From NCBI GenBank assembly GCA_965603825.1, contig CBFDEM010000018.1, positions 1 to 64,000 of the forward strand: 64,000 bases of DNA, given 5' to 3'. The translations under genes and the position numbers were made by a program. Source of the stretch: Blepharisma stoltei ATCC 30299 (lineage: Eukaryota > Protista > Ciliophora). Within the stretch, counting starts at the first letter, position 1. Every line of letters starts with the position of its first letter. The notes under the pieces were generated by a model. That model was not told where the DNA came from. It made no database searches and saw only the letters and a list, made by a program, of their open reading frames with translations. This document shows, piece after piece, positions 51,440 through 61,764 of this stretch.

Positions 51440-52432
51440 TTAAGTGAAGCTCTTTTGTGGAGCTTTGGTCCTTGGAGGAGTATAAGGTCTGTTTGCGCCT
51501 ACCCCAATTTGGCCTCCCATCTTCTTGTCTGCTGGTTTTAAGATCTGGAAGCTGCACATTAAGGTTTCGTCAACGCTCATTAAAGCTCCTGCATTATCAA
51601 ATTCTCCACAATAATTCGGAGCTGAAAAAAGGGTCACCAATTGTCTTTTCGCAAAAAATTCATATCCATCTTCTACGACCTGATGCGCTCTACACACCAG
51701 GTCTAAGTCATGTTTTCTCAAAAAATTCGCCACAATTTCCGGGCCAAAAGTAAAACTGACGCCTCTGTCATTTTCTCCCCAGCCTTGTACATCTTTATCA
51801 GGATCACTCCACAACAAATCACATATAAGTCCAGTGTCTGGAACGTCGCTTGGCCTCATAATTCTTCTGATCTGTTCCATATTGCTGAGCTCTGGGCTGA
51901 GTCCTCCGTGCATGCAGAAGATTTTGTCGTCAATAATAGAAGCTATAGGCAGACAATTGAAGCAGTCTGTGAAGGTTTTCCACAGCTTGATGTTGTACCG
52001 GCGTTTGCACTCGTCATAAAAGCCGTAAATTCTGTTGATGGAGGCACATTCGTGGTTGCCTCTGAGGAGGAAAAAGTTTTCTGGGTATTTGACCTTGTAA
52101 GCTAAAAGTAAGCAGATGGTTTCTAAGCTCTGCTTGCCACGGTCAACGTAATCGCCAAGGAAGAGATAGTTGGCTTCAGGCGGAAACCCTCCGTATTCAA
52201 AGAGACGGAGAAGGTCGTAGTATTGTCCGTGGACGTCGCCACAGATCTTTAGAGGAGCTTCAAGTTCCAGTAGGATGGGCTGGGAAATGAGGATATCACG
52301 GGCGCGAACACAGAGATTCCTGACTTCTTGTTCGGTAAGGTTGACTTGACGACCTGGACGGCTTCCACGAACTTCGAGGAGCCTGTCGATGATGCTATCG
52401 ATGTTTAAATCTGCAGTACCAGCTGTGACCAT
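51440..52432 (-). CDS. PP1: Ser/Thr protein phosphatase PP1 catalytic subunit
   Basis: [44 protein letters not shown]. Confidence 0.98.
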   Translation of the reverse strand: MVTAGTADLNIDSIIDRLLEVRGSRPGRQVNLTEQEVRNLCVRARDILISQPILLELEAPLKICGDVHGQYYDLLRLFEYGGFPPEANYLFLGDYVDRGKQSLETICLLLAYKVKYPENFFLLRGNHECASINRIYGFYDECKRRYNIKLWKTFTDCFNCLPIASIIDDKIFCMHGGLSPELSNMEQIRRIMRPSDVPDTGLICDLLWSDPDKDVQGWGENDRGVSFTFGPEIVANFLRKHDLDLVCRAHQVVEDGYEFFAKRQLVTLFSAPNYCGEFDNAGALMSVDETLMCSFQILKPADKKMGGQIGVGANRPYTPPRTKAPQKSFT

Positions 52433-52874
52433 TTATGAATTATATAGGGTTGTTGAACGGAAGTTATGATGCTGAGCTGGCAATAAATACAAAATTTAAG
52501 GCGGAATTAGAATTCGCTAAGATTTTCGGAAATAAGGTTTTTTTATTTGAATGTTGTGGATTCGCATAAGGTTAATTCATATGGTTTTAAATATATGGAA
52601 TTTCATAGTTTATGAGGAATTTTTTTTATCAGATTTGAAAAATCTCAATGAATATGGCAAAGAATTCAATAATGATAAAGTTTTATTAATAAGAAGCACA
52701 TTTGTGCAGAGATACTTAAAATCTTCAGATTATTTTAATAAATTCAAGTTAACCTAATTAGCTAAGGCAAGAAAGATTTTAAAGAAATAGAAATTTTTAT
52801 GTTTGAATAAAACAATAATAAATAATTTCCATATTCAAGTATTGTATTGATTTAATTGGGATTATAAATTGAAG

Positions 52875-53570
52875 ATGTTTAGCCAAAAACCTTATTTAAA
52901 TTTTGCTCAATCTAGATAACCTTCTAAGGCGAAGTGCAATATTAATGTATATATTAAGTGGATTTCGCAAAAATAGACTAAAGGATTGAAGATCTAGGAA
53001 GAAAGCAGCTTAGAGCTTATAGAGTAAAGTTGTAAATTCTAAAGAAGCATTTCGAGCTGAAAGTGAAGAAATAAAAGCCTGTTACAGTCAGCTATGCGAG
53101 AAGCGCAACCAACAGCCACTGATTATATTCAAATAGAGGATTTTCAGTTAGCCCTTGATTTATAAACAAGCAGAAGTTTTATGTGGCAAAGAAGCCTTGC
53201 TAGATATTGCAGACAATCTGGAAAAATCAAAATTGCTCAAAATTACTTACAAAAAGCCTTGGCTATTCCAAAAAATCTTGCAGTCACTCAACTAAATATG
53301 TGTGTAATCCTTTCTCAAATGCAAAGTATGAAAAGGCCTTAGGCCATACTATGGAAGCCGTGATTATTTTGCTGGACGAACAAATCAGTTCAATGCAAAA
53401 TCCGTTTAAAAATATGAGGAACAAGCCTAATCCTGCCTATTGCTTCACATAATACAGGAGTTGAGTTTGGAATTTCAAACAAAAAAAACACAAGACGCCA
53501 TTACAATTTATAGAAAAGCCAAAAATCTCACAAAAGAAAATGTATTACAAGACCATCTCTCAAAATGAAG
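52875..53570 (+). pseudogene. Degenerate TPR-like gene
   Basis: Fragments such as LQKALAI and YEKALGHTMEAVIILLDE spread over several frames with many stops. Confidence 0.4.
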
Positions 53571-53957
53571 CTTTTAAGCATGAAGTCACATTAGTAATGC
53601 AAAAAACCTCAAAATATAGCCAAGCTAGCAGCAAACACCTTAACATAATAAGTAGAAAAGATATCAAAGTATGCCCAGCTTATCTTTCATAGCAAGGCCT
53701 TAAGCATATAAATAAAGCTTAAAAAATCCGTTGGCTCCCAAAAAAATAAAAAATCTAATTGAATATTCTAAAAACAAGCAAAAAACGCTGATACAAGCTT
53801 ATCAATAACCCAATAACCCCAAAACATAGCAAATCCCAGCCAAAATAAGTTCCATGATATCCTCAAATCAAGATACAAAGAGCCTGATCCCTTTCAGAAT
53901 GCTCCTTCGACTTCACCCTACCCTAATGTAAATTCTTAATATTTATTATATAATCAA

Positions 53958-54350
53958 ATGGTGCGCATGAATGTACTTGCGGACTGTCTGAAGAGCATAA
54001 TTAACGCCGAGAAGCGAGGAAAGAGACAAGTGCTGATCAGACCATCATCAAAAGTCGTCATAAGGTTCCTACGCTTGATGCAAAAGCACGGGTACATAGG
54101 AGAGTTCGAAGTGATAGATGACCACAGATCTGGCAAGATCGTTGTCGACTTGGTGGGCCGCCTCAACAAATGTGGCGTCATTTCTCCTCGTTTTGACATT
54201 GCTTTGACTGATATTGAACAGGTGGCTACAGATCTGCTCCCTTCAAGACAATTCGGCTATGTGGTTTTGACCACAACTTTTGGGATCTTGGATCACGAAG
54301 AAGCCCGTAAAAGACACACTGGAGGAAAGCTGCTGGGATACTTCTTTTAA
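53958..54350 (+). CDS. RPS15A: 40S ribosomal protein S15a (uS8)
   Basis: [52 protein letters not shown]. Confidence 0.98.
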   Translation: MVRMNVLADCLKSIINAEKRGKRQVLIRPSSKVVIRFLRLMQKHGYIGEFEVIDDHRSGKIVVDLVGRLNKCGVISPRFDIALTDIEQVATDLLPSRQFGYVVLTTTFGILDHEEARKRHTGGKLLGYFF

Positions 54351-54420
54351 CTAATACACCAGTTAATTCCATTGAACTTAAGTGAATGAAGTTATTATAT
54401 TAATCAAAATAAATAATATG

Positions 54421-55302
54421 CTAGAGCTTGAAAAATTTTGTTTTTACTATAGGCAGGGCTCTCATGCTGTTTTTAGGCTCTTGGATGTTTAGGATGATGT
54501 TTTGTTTAGATAGGAATTTACTTTTTTCTACATGAAGTCTGGGAGTAGGGGTTTTGACGCATTTTTTAGGTGCTTGAGCTGCTAGATGCTCAGACTTAGT
54601 TGTTGATATGTGTATTTTGGTTTCTGTAGGGCTTGATATGATTTTCAGTAAATTACTCATTTTAGGAGTATTTTCAATATTTTTGAGAGGCTGAAATTCG
54701 TGGAGAGCTGGCAATCTTTGGTGGTAGGAATTTATATCAGTAAAAGAACTGATTCTTGGAACTTCAAGGACTTTTTGAGTCAGCGACATATGAGATCGCC
54801 GCTTAAGCTCAAATTTGGATTTTATAGGGCCCGAGCTGTTATCTGTAGACATAGAATCAGGGGTCATCAGCATTGAAGGGTACTCTTGGCTAATTTCTTC
54901 GTAGTTAAAGCCTTTCCTTACATCCAAAGCATGGCGAAAAATAGCTCTTTCACCTAATTTTTTATTCTCCCTTTTAGGATTAGTAGAGATCGGAGAAAGG
55001 ATTTTATTATGCTTATTTCTCCTTACTGAATAAATAACTCGGCTAATCCTCTCTAGATCTATCTTGGGAGTCTCAATTAATTGGGCTTGCTTTTCCGCTT
55101 TTCCTTTTGGTTCACCCTGTAGAGCGTTGTCCCTTTCTATGCTTTGCAAGATATCATAGACGCCTGACCAAGGCGAAATTTCAAAGTCTTGGCTTTGAGT
55201 CATTTGTTTTCTTGTCTTATCAAAATGCGCTAATTGGCTGCTGATTTTTTCACTTTCCAAAGCTAATTCTGAAACCGAATCTAATATTGTAAAATTGTCC
55301 AT
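54421..55302 (-). CDS. Hypothetical protein
   Basis: 293-aa open frame from ATG 55302; Ser/Lys-rich; no family recognised. Confidence 0.75.
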   Translation of the reverse strand: MDNFTILDSVSELALESEKISSQLAHFDKTRKQMTQSQDFEISPWSGVYDILQSIERDNALQGEPKGKAEKQAQLIETPKIDLERISRVIYSVRRNKHNKILSPISTNPKRENKKLGERAIFRHALDVRKGFNYEEISQEYPSMLMTPDSMSTDNSSGPIKSKFELKRRSHMSLTQKVLEVPRISSFTDINSYHQRLPALHEFQPLKNIENTPKMSNLLKIISSPTETKIHISTTKSEHLAAQAPKKCVKTPTPRLHVEKSKFLSKQNIILNIQEPKNSMRALPIVKTKFFKL

Positions 55303-55444
55303 TATAATTTCTGATAATAGAGATCTAGTAAATTTAAAAGATATTATCAGCCTCAATGATTTTCATATATATGAAAATTTAAAATAAATCAAAGGGATTT
55401 TTCTATAAATGACTATCAAAAGGATGCAATAGCTTACACTTAAT

Positions 55445-56167
55445 ATGATTCTAAAGCGCACCTTTAGGGCAAGTCAGACTCTCCCAGCAATGCCCATCAT
55501 TCATATTAACTCTCAAAGTAATCACGACTCTCCTCGAAGTAGGAAAAGTATGGATCGCTTAGTTGGTTACATCGTGAAGGGGATAGGTATAGGCGGTGCT
55601 TTGTGGTACTCAAATTGGCTTAATAAAGACTTAAAAACAGATATCCAAAATTCAATTAAAGGCATGACTCAGTTTAAAGAAGAAATTCAAAAGTCATTTG
55701 ATGGCATGAAAAAAGATCAGACTCAGTTTAAAGCAGAAATTCAAAAGTCATTTGATGGCATGAATAACGATCAGACTCAGTTTAAAGCAGAAATTCAAAA
55801 GTCATTTGATGGCATGAAAAACGATCAGACTCAGTTTAAAGCAGAAATTCAAAAGTCAATTGATGGCATTAAAAACGATCAGATTCAGCTTAAAGCAGAA
55901 ATCCAAAAGTCATTTGATGGCATGAAAAGCGATCAGATTCAGCATAAATCAGATATCCAAAAGTCAATTGATGACATGAAAAGCGATCAGATTCAGTTTA
56001 AAGCAGAAGTAAAAGAGTTTAATAAAGAAATCAATGGCAATATGAAAGATATCAAAAGTGAGGTCCAGACTCTCAGTAAAAATATCCATGGAATCGAAAC
56101 AAGGACTAATGATACATGGGACATTATCAAAGTTCTACTCCACAAAAAGGAGACTGAAAAGTATTAA
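55445..56167 (+). CDS. Single-TM coiled-coil protein with 18-aa (54-bp) tandem repeats
   Basis: Basic N-terminus, GIGIGGALWY TM, ~6 x FKAEIQKSFDGMKNDQTQ. Confidence 0.85.
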   Translation: MILKRTFRASQTLPAMPIIHINSQSNHDSPRSRKSMDRLVGYIVKGIGIGGALWYSNWLNKDLKTDIQNSIKGMTQFKEEIQKSFDGMKKDQTQFKAEIQKSFDGMNNDQTQFKAEIQKSFDGMKNDQTQFKAEIQKSIDGIKNDQIQLKAEIQKSFDGMKSDQIQHKSDIQKSIDDMKSDQIQFKAEVKEFNKEINGNMKDIKSEVQTLSKNIHGIETRTNDTWDIIKVLLHKKETEKY

Positions 56168-56444
56168 GCTTTTAATAAAATTTGTCGTTAAATCTTGCTC
56201 CTTAATCATGATGCATTTTTATAAATGCTTATAGAGACTTTATGAATGAAAGTAAATGAGTATTTTTTAATTAGGGTCAAGTAAACATATTATGCCTGCA
56301 AAAATTTATGCACTCAATTTTAATTAATTACAAATAAAATGCCTCGTTATTAATCAAATATGCATAAAAATTAATCATCTAATTTCTCAAAAATGACGAT
56401 AAATAATTAAAAGCCTCTAATTACATTCTTCATAGGCTAAAACA

Positions 56445-57296
56445 TTATGCTATATAATTTGCAACACTGCGCACCAAAGGTTTTGGAAATGACTCAAGCT
56501 TTTTACTCCGCATTGCTGCAAGAAGAAAAGGGCTCATCCTATACAAAGCCTTTCCAGTTGGCCCTTTCATTACATAAAACTTGTTTGGTATTTTTATTTT
56601 TTTTCTCATTATCACTTTGGCAATTCAATCTTTCAGCTCAGCTCTTTTCACTGGAGTGAATTTAAAAAATTCTCATAAGAAAGCAGTCATAATGACGAGA
56701 ATTGGCAGGACAGTAAGAAAACCGAATGGGATAACCCAAAGGGCTCTATAATCATCCTTAGGGATGTAAATTTTATCTTTAAACAAAACTTCTATAAATG
56801 TGTGGTTACTCTTGGGGTACCCAAAATTTTTGATTTCAGAGGGATCTGTTTTTCCATCCTTGTTATGCAGCCACCATTTGCATTTGACACTGTTGCCAAT
56901 AGCGAATCTTGGGACACCATGAGTTTTGCTGCAAGACCACCTTGGTAAAAATAGCTGTCCAGGCAAACATTTAGAGTCACCTTTGTCTTGGATACAAGAA
57001 GAATAGGAATAAGGATACACATTGCCGTTTGTATAGTCAGACACAATAGAATCAGCTGCATTGGACTCACATCCATAGCCAGGGTAGTAAACTCCATCAA
57101 TAAGTACCGAAAGTTTATATTGGTAATAAAGTTGGTAAGTTATATATGTGTCAATGCTTGTAACCTTGCAAATAGCGTCTTCGTAGCTTCGATTTTCAAG
57201 AGGAAAATAAATTCCAAAATATATGCCAGCCCAAATGGGAAATCCAACTAAAATTAGCAATCCTGAATATACTAGCACATTTTTAAGATCCTTCAT
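56445..57296 (-). CDS. Two-TM protein with Cys-rich extracellular loop, 283 aa (TGA=Trp)
   Basis: ORF 56673-57296 continues through two TGA to TAA 56445. Confidence 0.85.
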
Positions 57297-57761
57297 TTTG
57301 AATTTAATAGGGAGGCTACTGCTAATGATTAGGATCCGATAAACCCCAAATTCATTTTTGGTTAATTTAATTTTTAAAGTAAAAGTTTTTGATGATGATC
57401 AAGATAATCAATAGATAGATAGTTAATAATTATGATAAATAGAAAAATAACGTAAGCTATTTTTATTTTTACAAAAATTTAAATCTGCTATTTTTTACTT
57501 GCCACTGATGGTATTAATTTATGTATTTTTTTTTCGAAAAACAATAAATTTAAAGTAAAAAAAGATTGATAAATTAATAATAAGAATTCTTTAAAAATAA
57601 TTCTATTTTAATAGCAAACTAATATAAAAATAGCTTGCCATTAATGACAGCTTTTCCAAAAATAAGATATATGATGCTCACAAAATGTAGGAAGCGAAAA
57701 AGTGTAGCCAAATAGTTTTGGTAAATGCATTGAATGGCCAAATGATATTACACAACGTATT

Positions 57762-59073
57762 CTGCTCCTAATAGAAGAGCTCCAGGATAAGTTCCTATAT
57801 CAAAAATTGCATCTTTTGCATTAGGCACTTTCTCAAAAAACAGAATTGCTAAATTGCTCTCTATTTTACATGCTACTAATAGCATGGCCTGATATATAAT
57901 AGCTGTCTCTAACTTCAAAGATCCTCTTATATGGATCTTTCATATCAAAATGCAGATAGAGAATTAGAGAAGCCGGGCTATTTTTTCCAAGAGCCAACTC
58001 AGCTGCAAGATAGCTAGCCTCAGAAATTGGCTTACCCTCACGTAGTATGCTTCTAATAGGTGGCATCTTTTCATCATAATATATAGCGTGGCGATTCAAT
58101 CCTTTTTCTTAAATATTACATCAGGGAGGCTAGCAATGTTTGGGCCTTGAGGAAGGGAAAAAATCTTGAGGATGCGCATTCGGATGAGTTTTGACTGATT
58201 TGAGTGGGATCAGCTACGCTAGGGCGGACTAGCAATTTTCACATAAGGTTGATACTTGAGCTAGAAGAGCCTAGCAATGCATAGAGCACAATTAGGCCAT
58301 TCAGACAATTCTCTAGTAAAAATATGGGGCGTTAAGCCTAAGCCTCGAGTTTCATCTTCGTCATGAAATCACCCGAAAATTCAACTTTTTCAGAAGCCTA
58401 CACGTGGCGCACTCAAATTTTCCAACTGCAAACTCATTTCCGATTGGAGCGCCACAATGATATGCCAATGTGCAGACTGTCAGCATGCAGAAAATTGCTA
58501 TGGAGTGGTTATTGGTGTATGTGACCTTTAGAACGCTTCTTTTATAAGTAGTTAATGTTAATAACACTTTTAATCAAATTGGATTTGCAAGCAGGATACA
58601 GTACATAACCAACAACAAAATAATAAATTATAGAAGAACTGATGAGTAGAAGATAATATGTAGCAAGTATTCTTGTAAATTTTTCTCGTATCTGTCTTAG
58701 TTTTTCCTTATTTATTTTATGAAAATCTCTTTCTTGCTGATCTGAACTAAACCATATCATAAAAATTGTAATGAGAGTTAGCGTGCAAGGTATCTCGGGT
58801 TCATATTGGAATTATTTTATTTGTCACCATTTCTAAGCTTGAACAGTAGCTCCACTCATCATAGTCAGTCAAGATCGTGCTTTGAAGTGAGCTCAAAATA
58901 GCTAAGCTTGTATTAAGCAGGATTCGAAAAACGTCGTACTAAGGCCATTATAAGTTGTTGCAGAGTCAATTACTCTTGATAACTCCGCAATCCTAGTTAT
59001 CTATAAAATTATGGAAGCAAAGTGTTCCGCTTTTGATAAGTCATTTGAATGCTGAATTTCTGTTTTAATATAA
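57762..59073 (-). pseudogene. Fragmented 3' part of the PAS/TM gene, with a deletion and a 500-bp insertion
   Basis: Matches 25283-25607, 25990-26170 and 26171-26490; ~380 bp deleted at ~58750. Confidence 0.88.
58067..58571. mobile_element. 500-bp insertion flanked by a CTTTT direct repeat (unclassified)
   Basis: Absent from the paralogous site (26161-26180); CTTTT at 58067-58071 and 58567-58571; no TIR seen. Confidence 0.55.
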
Positions 59074-59077
59074 GGAG

Positions 59078-59345
59078 ATAAAGGTTGTTGCCTGACGTTT
59101 ATTAGCGGTTTCTGTGATATAATGCAAAGAGACATTTGAGCAATGAATGAACTTGAAGCAGGAACTTATTTAGTTTACATCCAAATGGACTGAATACAAG
59201 ATCTAACTGAAGACTATGGCTTTTCAGTTTATTCAGAGTACCCAATCAAGCTTGAAGACGTCACCTTTCAAGAGCAAAATTTTCTTTATGATGTCTATAC
59301 CTGAAATTTGGCGAAGCAAACAGTTGATCCAAATTTACTCTCAAT
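59078..59345 (+). pseudogene. Calpain gene fragment (copy of ~21281-21547)
   Basis: AAAGGTTGTTGCCTGACGTTTATTAGCGGTTTCTGTGATATAATGCAAAGAGACATTTGA.. is colinear with the calpain domain III region. Confidence 0.9.
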
Positions 59346-59489
59346 AAATAATTTCACCCTAAATAATACCCAGAATCAGCTTATTTTATTTAATTTTCTT
59401 TGGACAACTCCATTTTCATATCCATCAATATAAATATCTTTATTGATATGAATTTTCTTTTACCATCATAAATTGTGTACAATAATTAA

Positions 59490-60569
59490 ATGGCCCACCG
59501 TACAAATCCATTCACCCAAGAGCTCATCGAGACAGCTAGAAAAATTGCTACCCCTGGCAAAGGAATTTTGGCTGCTGACGAGTCGACTGGAACCATTGGC
59601 CAGCGTTTTTCCAAGATCAATGTCGAGAATAATTACGAAAATCGCCAAGCTTACAGATCTCTCTTGTTCACAACCCCAGGCATCGGACAATACATCAGCG
59701 GCGTCATCCAATACGAAGAAACCCTCGATAACAAGCTGGAAGACGGCACTTCCCTCCAAGTTGTCTTACAAAGAGAAGGCATCGTCCCTGGCATCAAAGT
59801 CGACAAAGGGACTGTAATCATCCCAGGCACTGATGGAGAAACAGCCACCCAAGGCCTCGACGGTCTCGCTGAAAGATGCAAAACTTATTACGAAAAAGGC
59901 TGTAGGTTTTCCAAATGGAGAGCAGTCTTAAAAATAGGGCCAAATGCTCCTTCAGAAAGAGCCATTGAAGAAAACGCACATACCCTTGCGAGATATGCCG
60001 CAATTTCTCAAGCTAATGGGCTTGTCCCAATTGTGGAGCCTGAAGTCCTTGCAGACGGCACCCATACCATTGAGGAATGTGCTGAGAAAAGCCAAAGAGT
60101 TTTTGCAGCAGTCATGAATGCCCTTCATATCCACGGAATTTTGTTTGAAGGGATGCTTTTTAAGCCAAATATGATCACTCCAGGCATTTCAGCAGCAGAA
60201 AAGGTAAGCGCTGGAGACGTCGCATGGAGGACTGTGCAAGTCTTATCAAGAACTTTGCCTGCAGCTGTGCCTGGAGTCATGTTCTTGTCAGGAGGACAAA
60301 GTGAAGAGGAAGCTTCTTTAGAATTAAACGCCATTAATGCGCTGCCAGACGTAAAAAGACCTTGGACCTTGAGTTTTTCATTTGGAAGAGCTCTTCAAGC
60401 TTCGTGCTTAAAGGCATGGCAAGGAAAACGTGAAAATGTTGAGGCTGGGCAGGCTTCCTTTATTTCAAGGGCTCAAGCTAACTCTCAAGCAACTCTTGGG
60501 CAGTATCAAGGAGGAGCAGGCGGAGACGGAGCCAGTCAGAGTTTATACGTGAGCAATTACGTTTATTAA
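59490..60569 (+). CDS. ALDO: Fructose-bisphosphate aldolase, class I
   Basis: [48 protein letters not shown]-terminal Tyr. Confidence 0.99.
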   Translation: MAHRTNPFTQELIETARKIATPGKGILAADESTGTIGQRFSKINVENNYENRQAYRSLLFTTPGIGQYISGVIQYEETLDNKLEDGTSLQVVLQREGIVPGIKVDKGTVIIPGTDGETATQGLDGLAERCKTYYEKGCRFSKWRAVLKIGPNAPSERAIEENAHTLARYAAISQANGLVPIVEPEVLADGTHTIEECAEKSQRVFAAVMNALHIHGILFEGMLFKPNMITPGISAAEKVSAGDVAWRTVQVLSRTLPAAVPGVMFLSGGQSEEEASLELNAINALPDVKRPWTLSFSFGRALQASCLKAWQGKRENVEAGQASFISRAQANSQATLGQYQGGAGGDGASQSLYVSNYVY

Positions 60570-60599
60570 GCTAATTCTTAGTTGATTTATCTGAATTTT

Positions 60600-60908
60600 T
60601 TAAAGATCTGCCTTTTGTGACTCGATATGCTCGGTCTCATAGGTATGCTCAGCCCCATGGCTGCAGCCACAGCCACCAGATGTTTCATGGCTTTCTTGGT
60701 CTACAGATTCATTAATGGCCTTTTCTTCGTGGCCATGGTCACATTCTCCTTCTGAATGATGGTGATCTTCAGCATAATGATCATGAGCATGGTCATGGGC
60801 ATGGTCGTGGTGATGGCCATGATCATGATGATGGTGGTGATGCTTACCATAATGTCCTAAAGCAAGAGAGATAAGAAGTAGCAGTACAAAGAATTTTGCG
60901 AAACCCAT
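60600..60908 (-). CDS. Small His-rich secretory-pathway protein
   Basis: Signal peptide MGFAKFFVLLLLISLALG, His/Asp-rich tract, CGC motif, C-terminal KADL. Confidence 0.8.
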   Translation of the reverse strand: MGFAKFFVLLLLISLALGHYGKHHHHHHDHGHHHDHAHDHAHDHYAEDHHHSEGECDHGHEEKAINESVDQESHETSGGCGCSHGAEHTYETEHIESQKADL

Positions 60909-60970
60909 TTATTATAAATTCTTACTATTCTCATATATGCAAAATAAATTAAGAACGTATTGCCTATAAA

Positions 60971-61741
60971 TTAACCATTAAAATTAGAAATTTGATGAAG
61001 AATTTCTGCTTTTTCTGCAGCGTCAGTGCTTCTTAATGCTAAAATGTCATTAGTTTGCTGAATATTTATCTGTGCTTCAGCAAACACAATTTCTTTGAAT
61101 TTATACAATTCCTGCAGTTTTGACTGAAGCATCACGATTTCATTGCAAACTTCTTCATTTGCCTTTTCAGGTTGTGAGGCCTAGCTATCAATTACTTCAA
61201 ATTTCTCAATTTCCATGTTCCTCTGCAAGCTATCCAAGCTCTCCTCAGCTAGTTTTATTGACTTCTGTTCAACTTCTCTTGCATATCTTAGCTCGTTTTC
61301 ATGCTTTTCGAGCTCTGCAATTTCTAAGTTTCAGTCTTTATTATATTTATTCAAAGTCTCCAGAAGTTTTTCTTTTGCTTGTCTGATCTCTTCAAGTCTT
61401 GTTTCTTGTTCCGAAATCCTTGATAAATAATCGTCAAAACTTTCTGATTTTTCTTCCACAGTCTGAATGCCTGATAAAATTATTTCTTTATCGGAGTTAT
61501 ACTGTGTTTTATAGTTATCAAAAATGCACTTAGATTGTTTTTTTAATGAAAATTCAGGAGGCGGTCTGTTTTCTAAGTCAGTTGATTTTGAAAAATTCCT
61601 TGGAATTGAAGAATGTGAAGCAACTTGTTTTGTGAAAGGGTTTGTTGTAGAGAGCTTTTGAGATCTCTCTGATTTCGATAGCTTGTGGTCAGGTATGTCA
61701 TCAAATTCTTTTCTTTGCCTTTTCAAATAAAATAAATTCAT
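60971..61741 (-). CDS. Hypothetical coiled-coil protein with one 15-nt intron (TGA=Trp)
   Basis: ATG 61741, TGA 61331 read through, intron 61181-61195 removes TAG, ends TAA 60971. Confidence 0.8.
61181..61195 (-). other. 15-nt intron GTAATTGATAGCTAG
   Basis: GT..AG, A at position 10, removes an in-frame stop. Confidence 0.88.
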
Positions 61742-61764
61742 CTTTATTAGGTAAATTATAGATA

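Larger units (their letters stand above)
55440..59073 (-). repeat. Inverted duplicate of ~25283-28900
   Basis: The reverse complement of 59073 onward matches 25283 onward (TTATATTAAAACAGAAATTCAGCATTCAAATGAC); intergenic segments and gene order are conserved. Confidence 0.92.

Noticed and set aside
53912-53930. Telomere-like CACCCTACCCTAAT (also 59354, 39013) as telomerase RNA template or internal telomere
   Set aside because: No complete CCCTAACA unit; expected by chance
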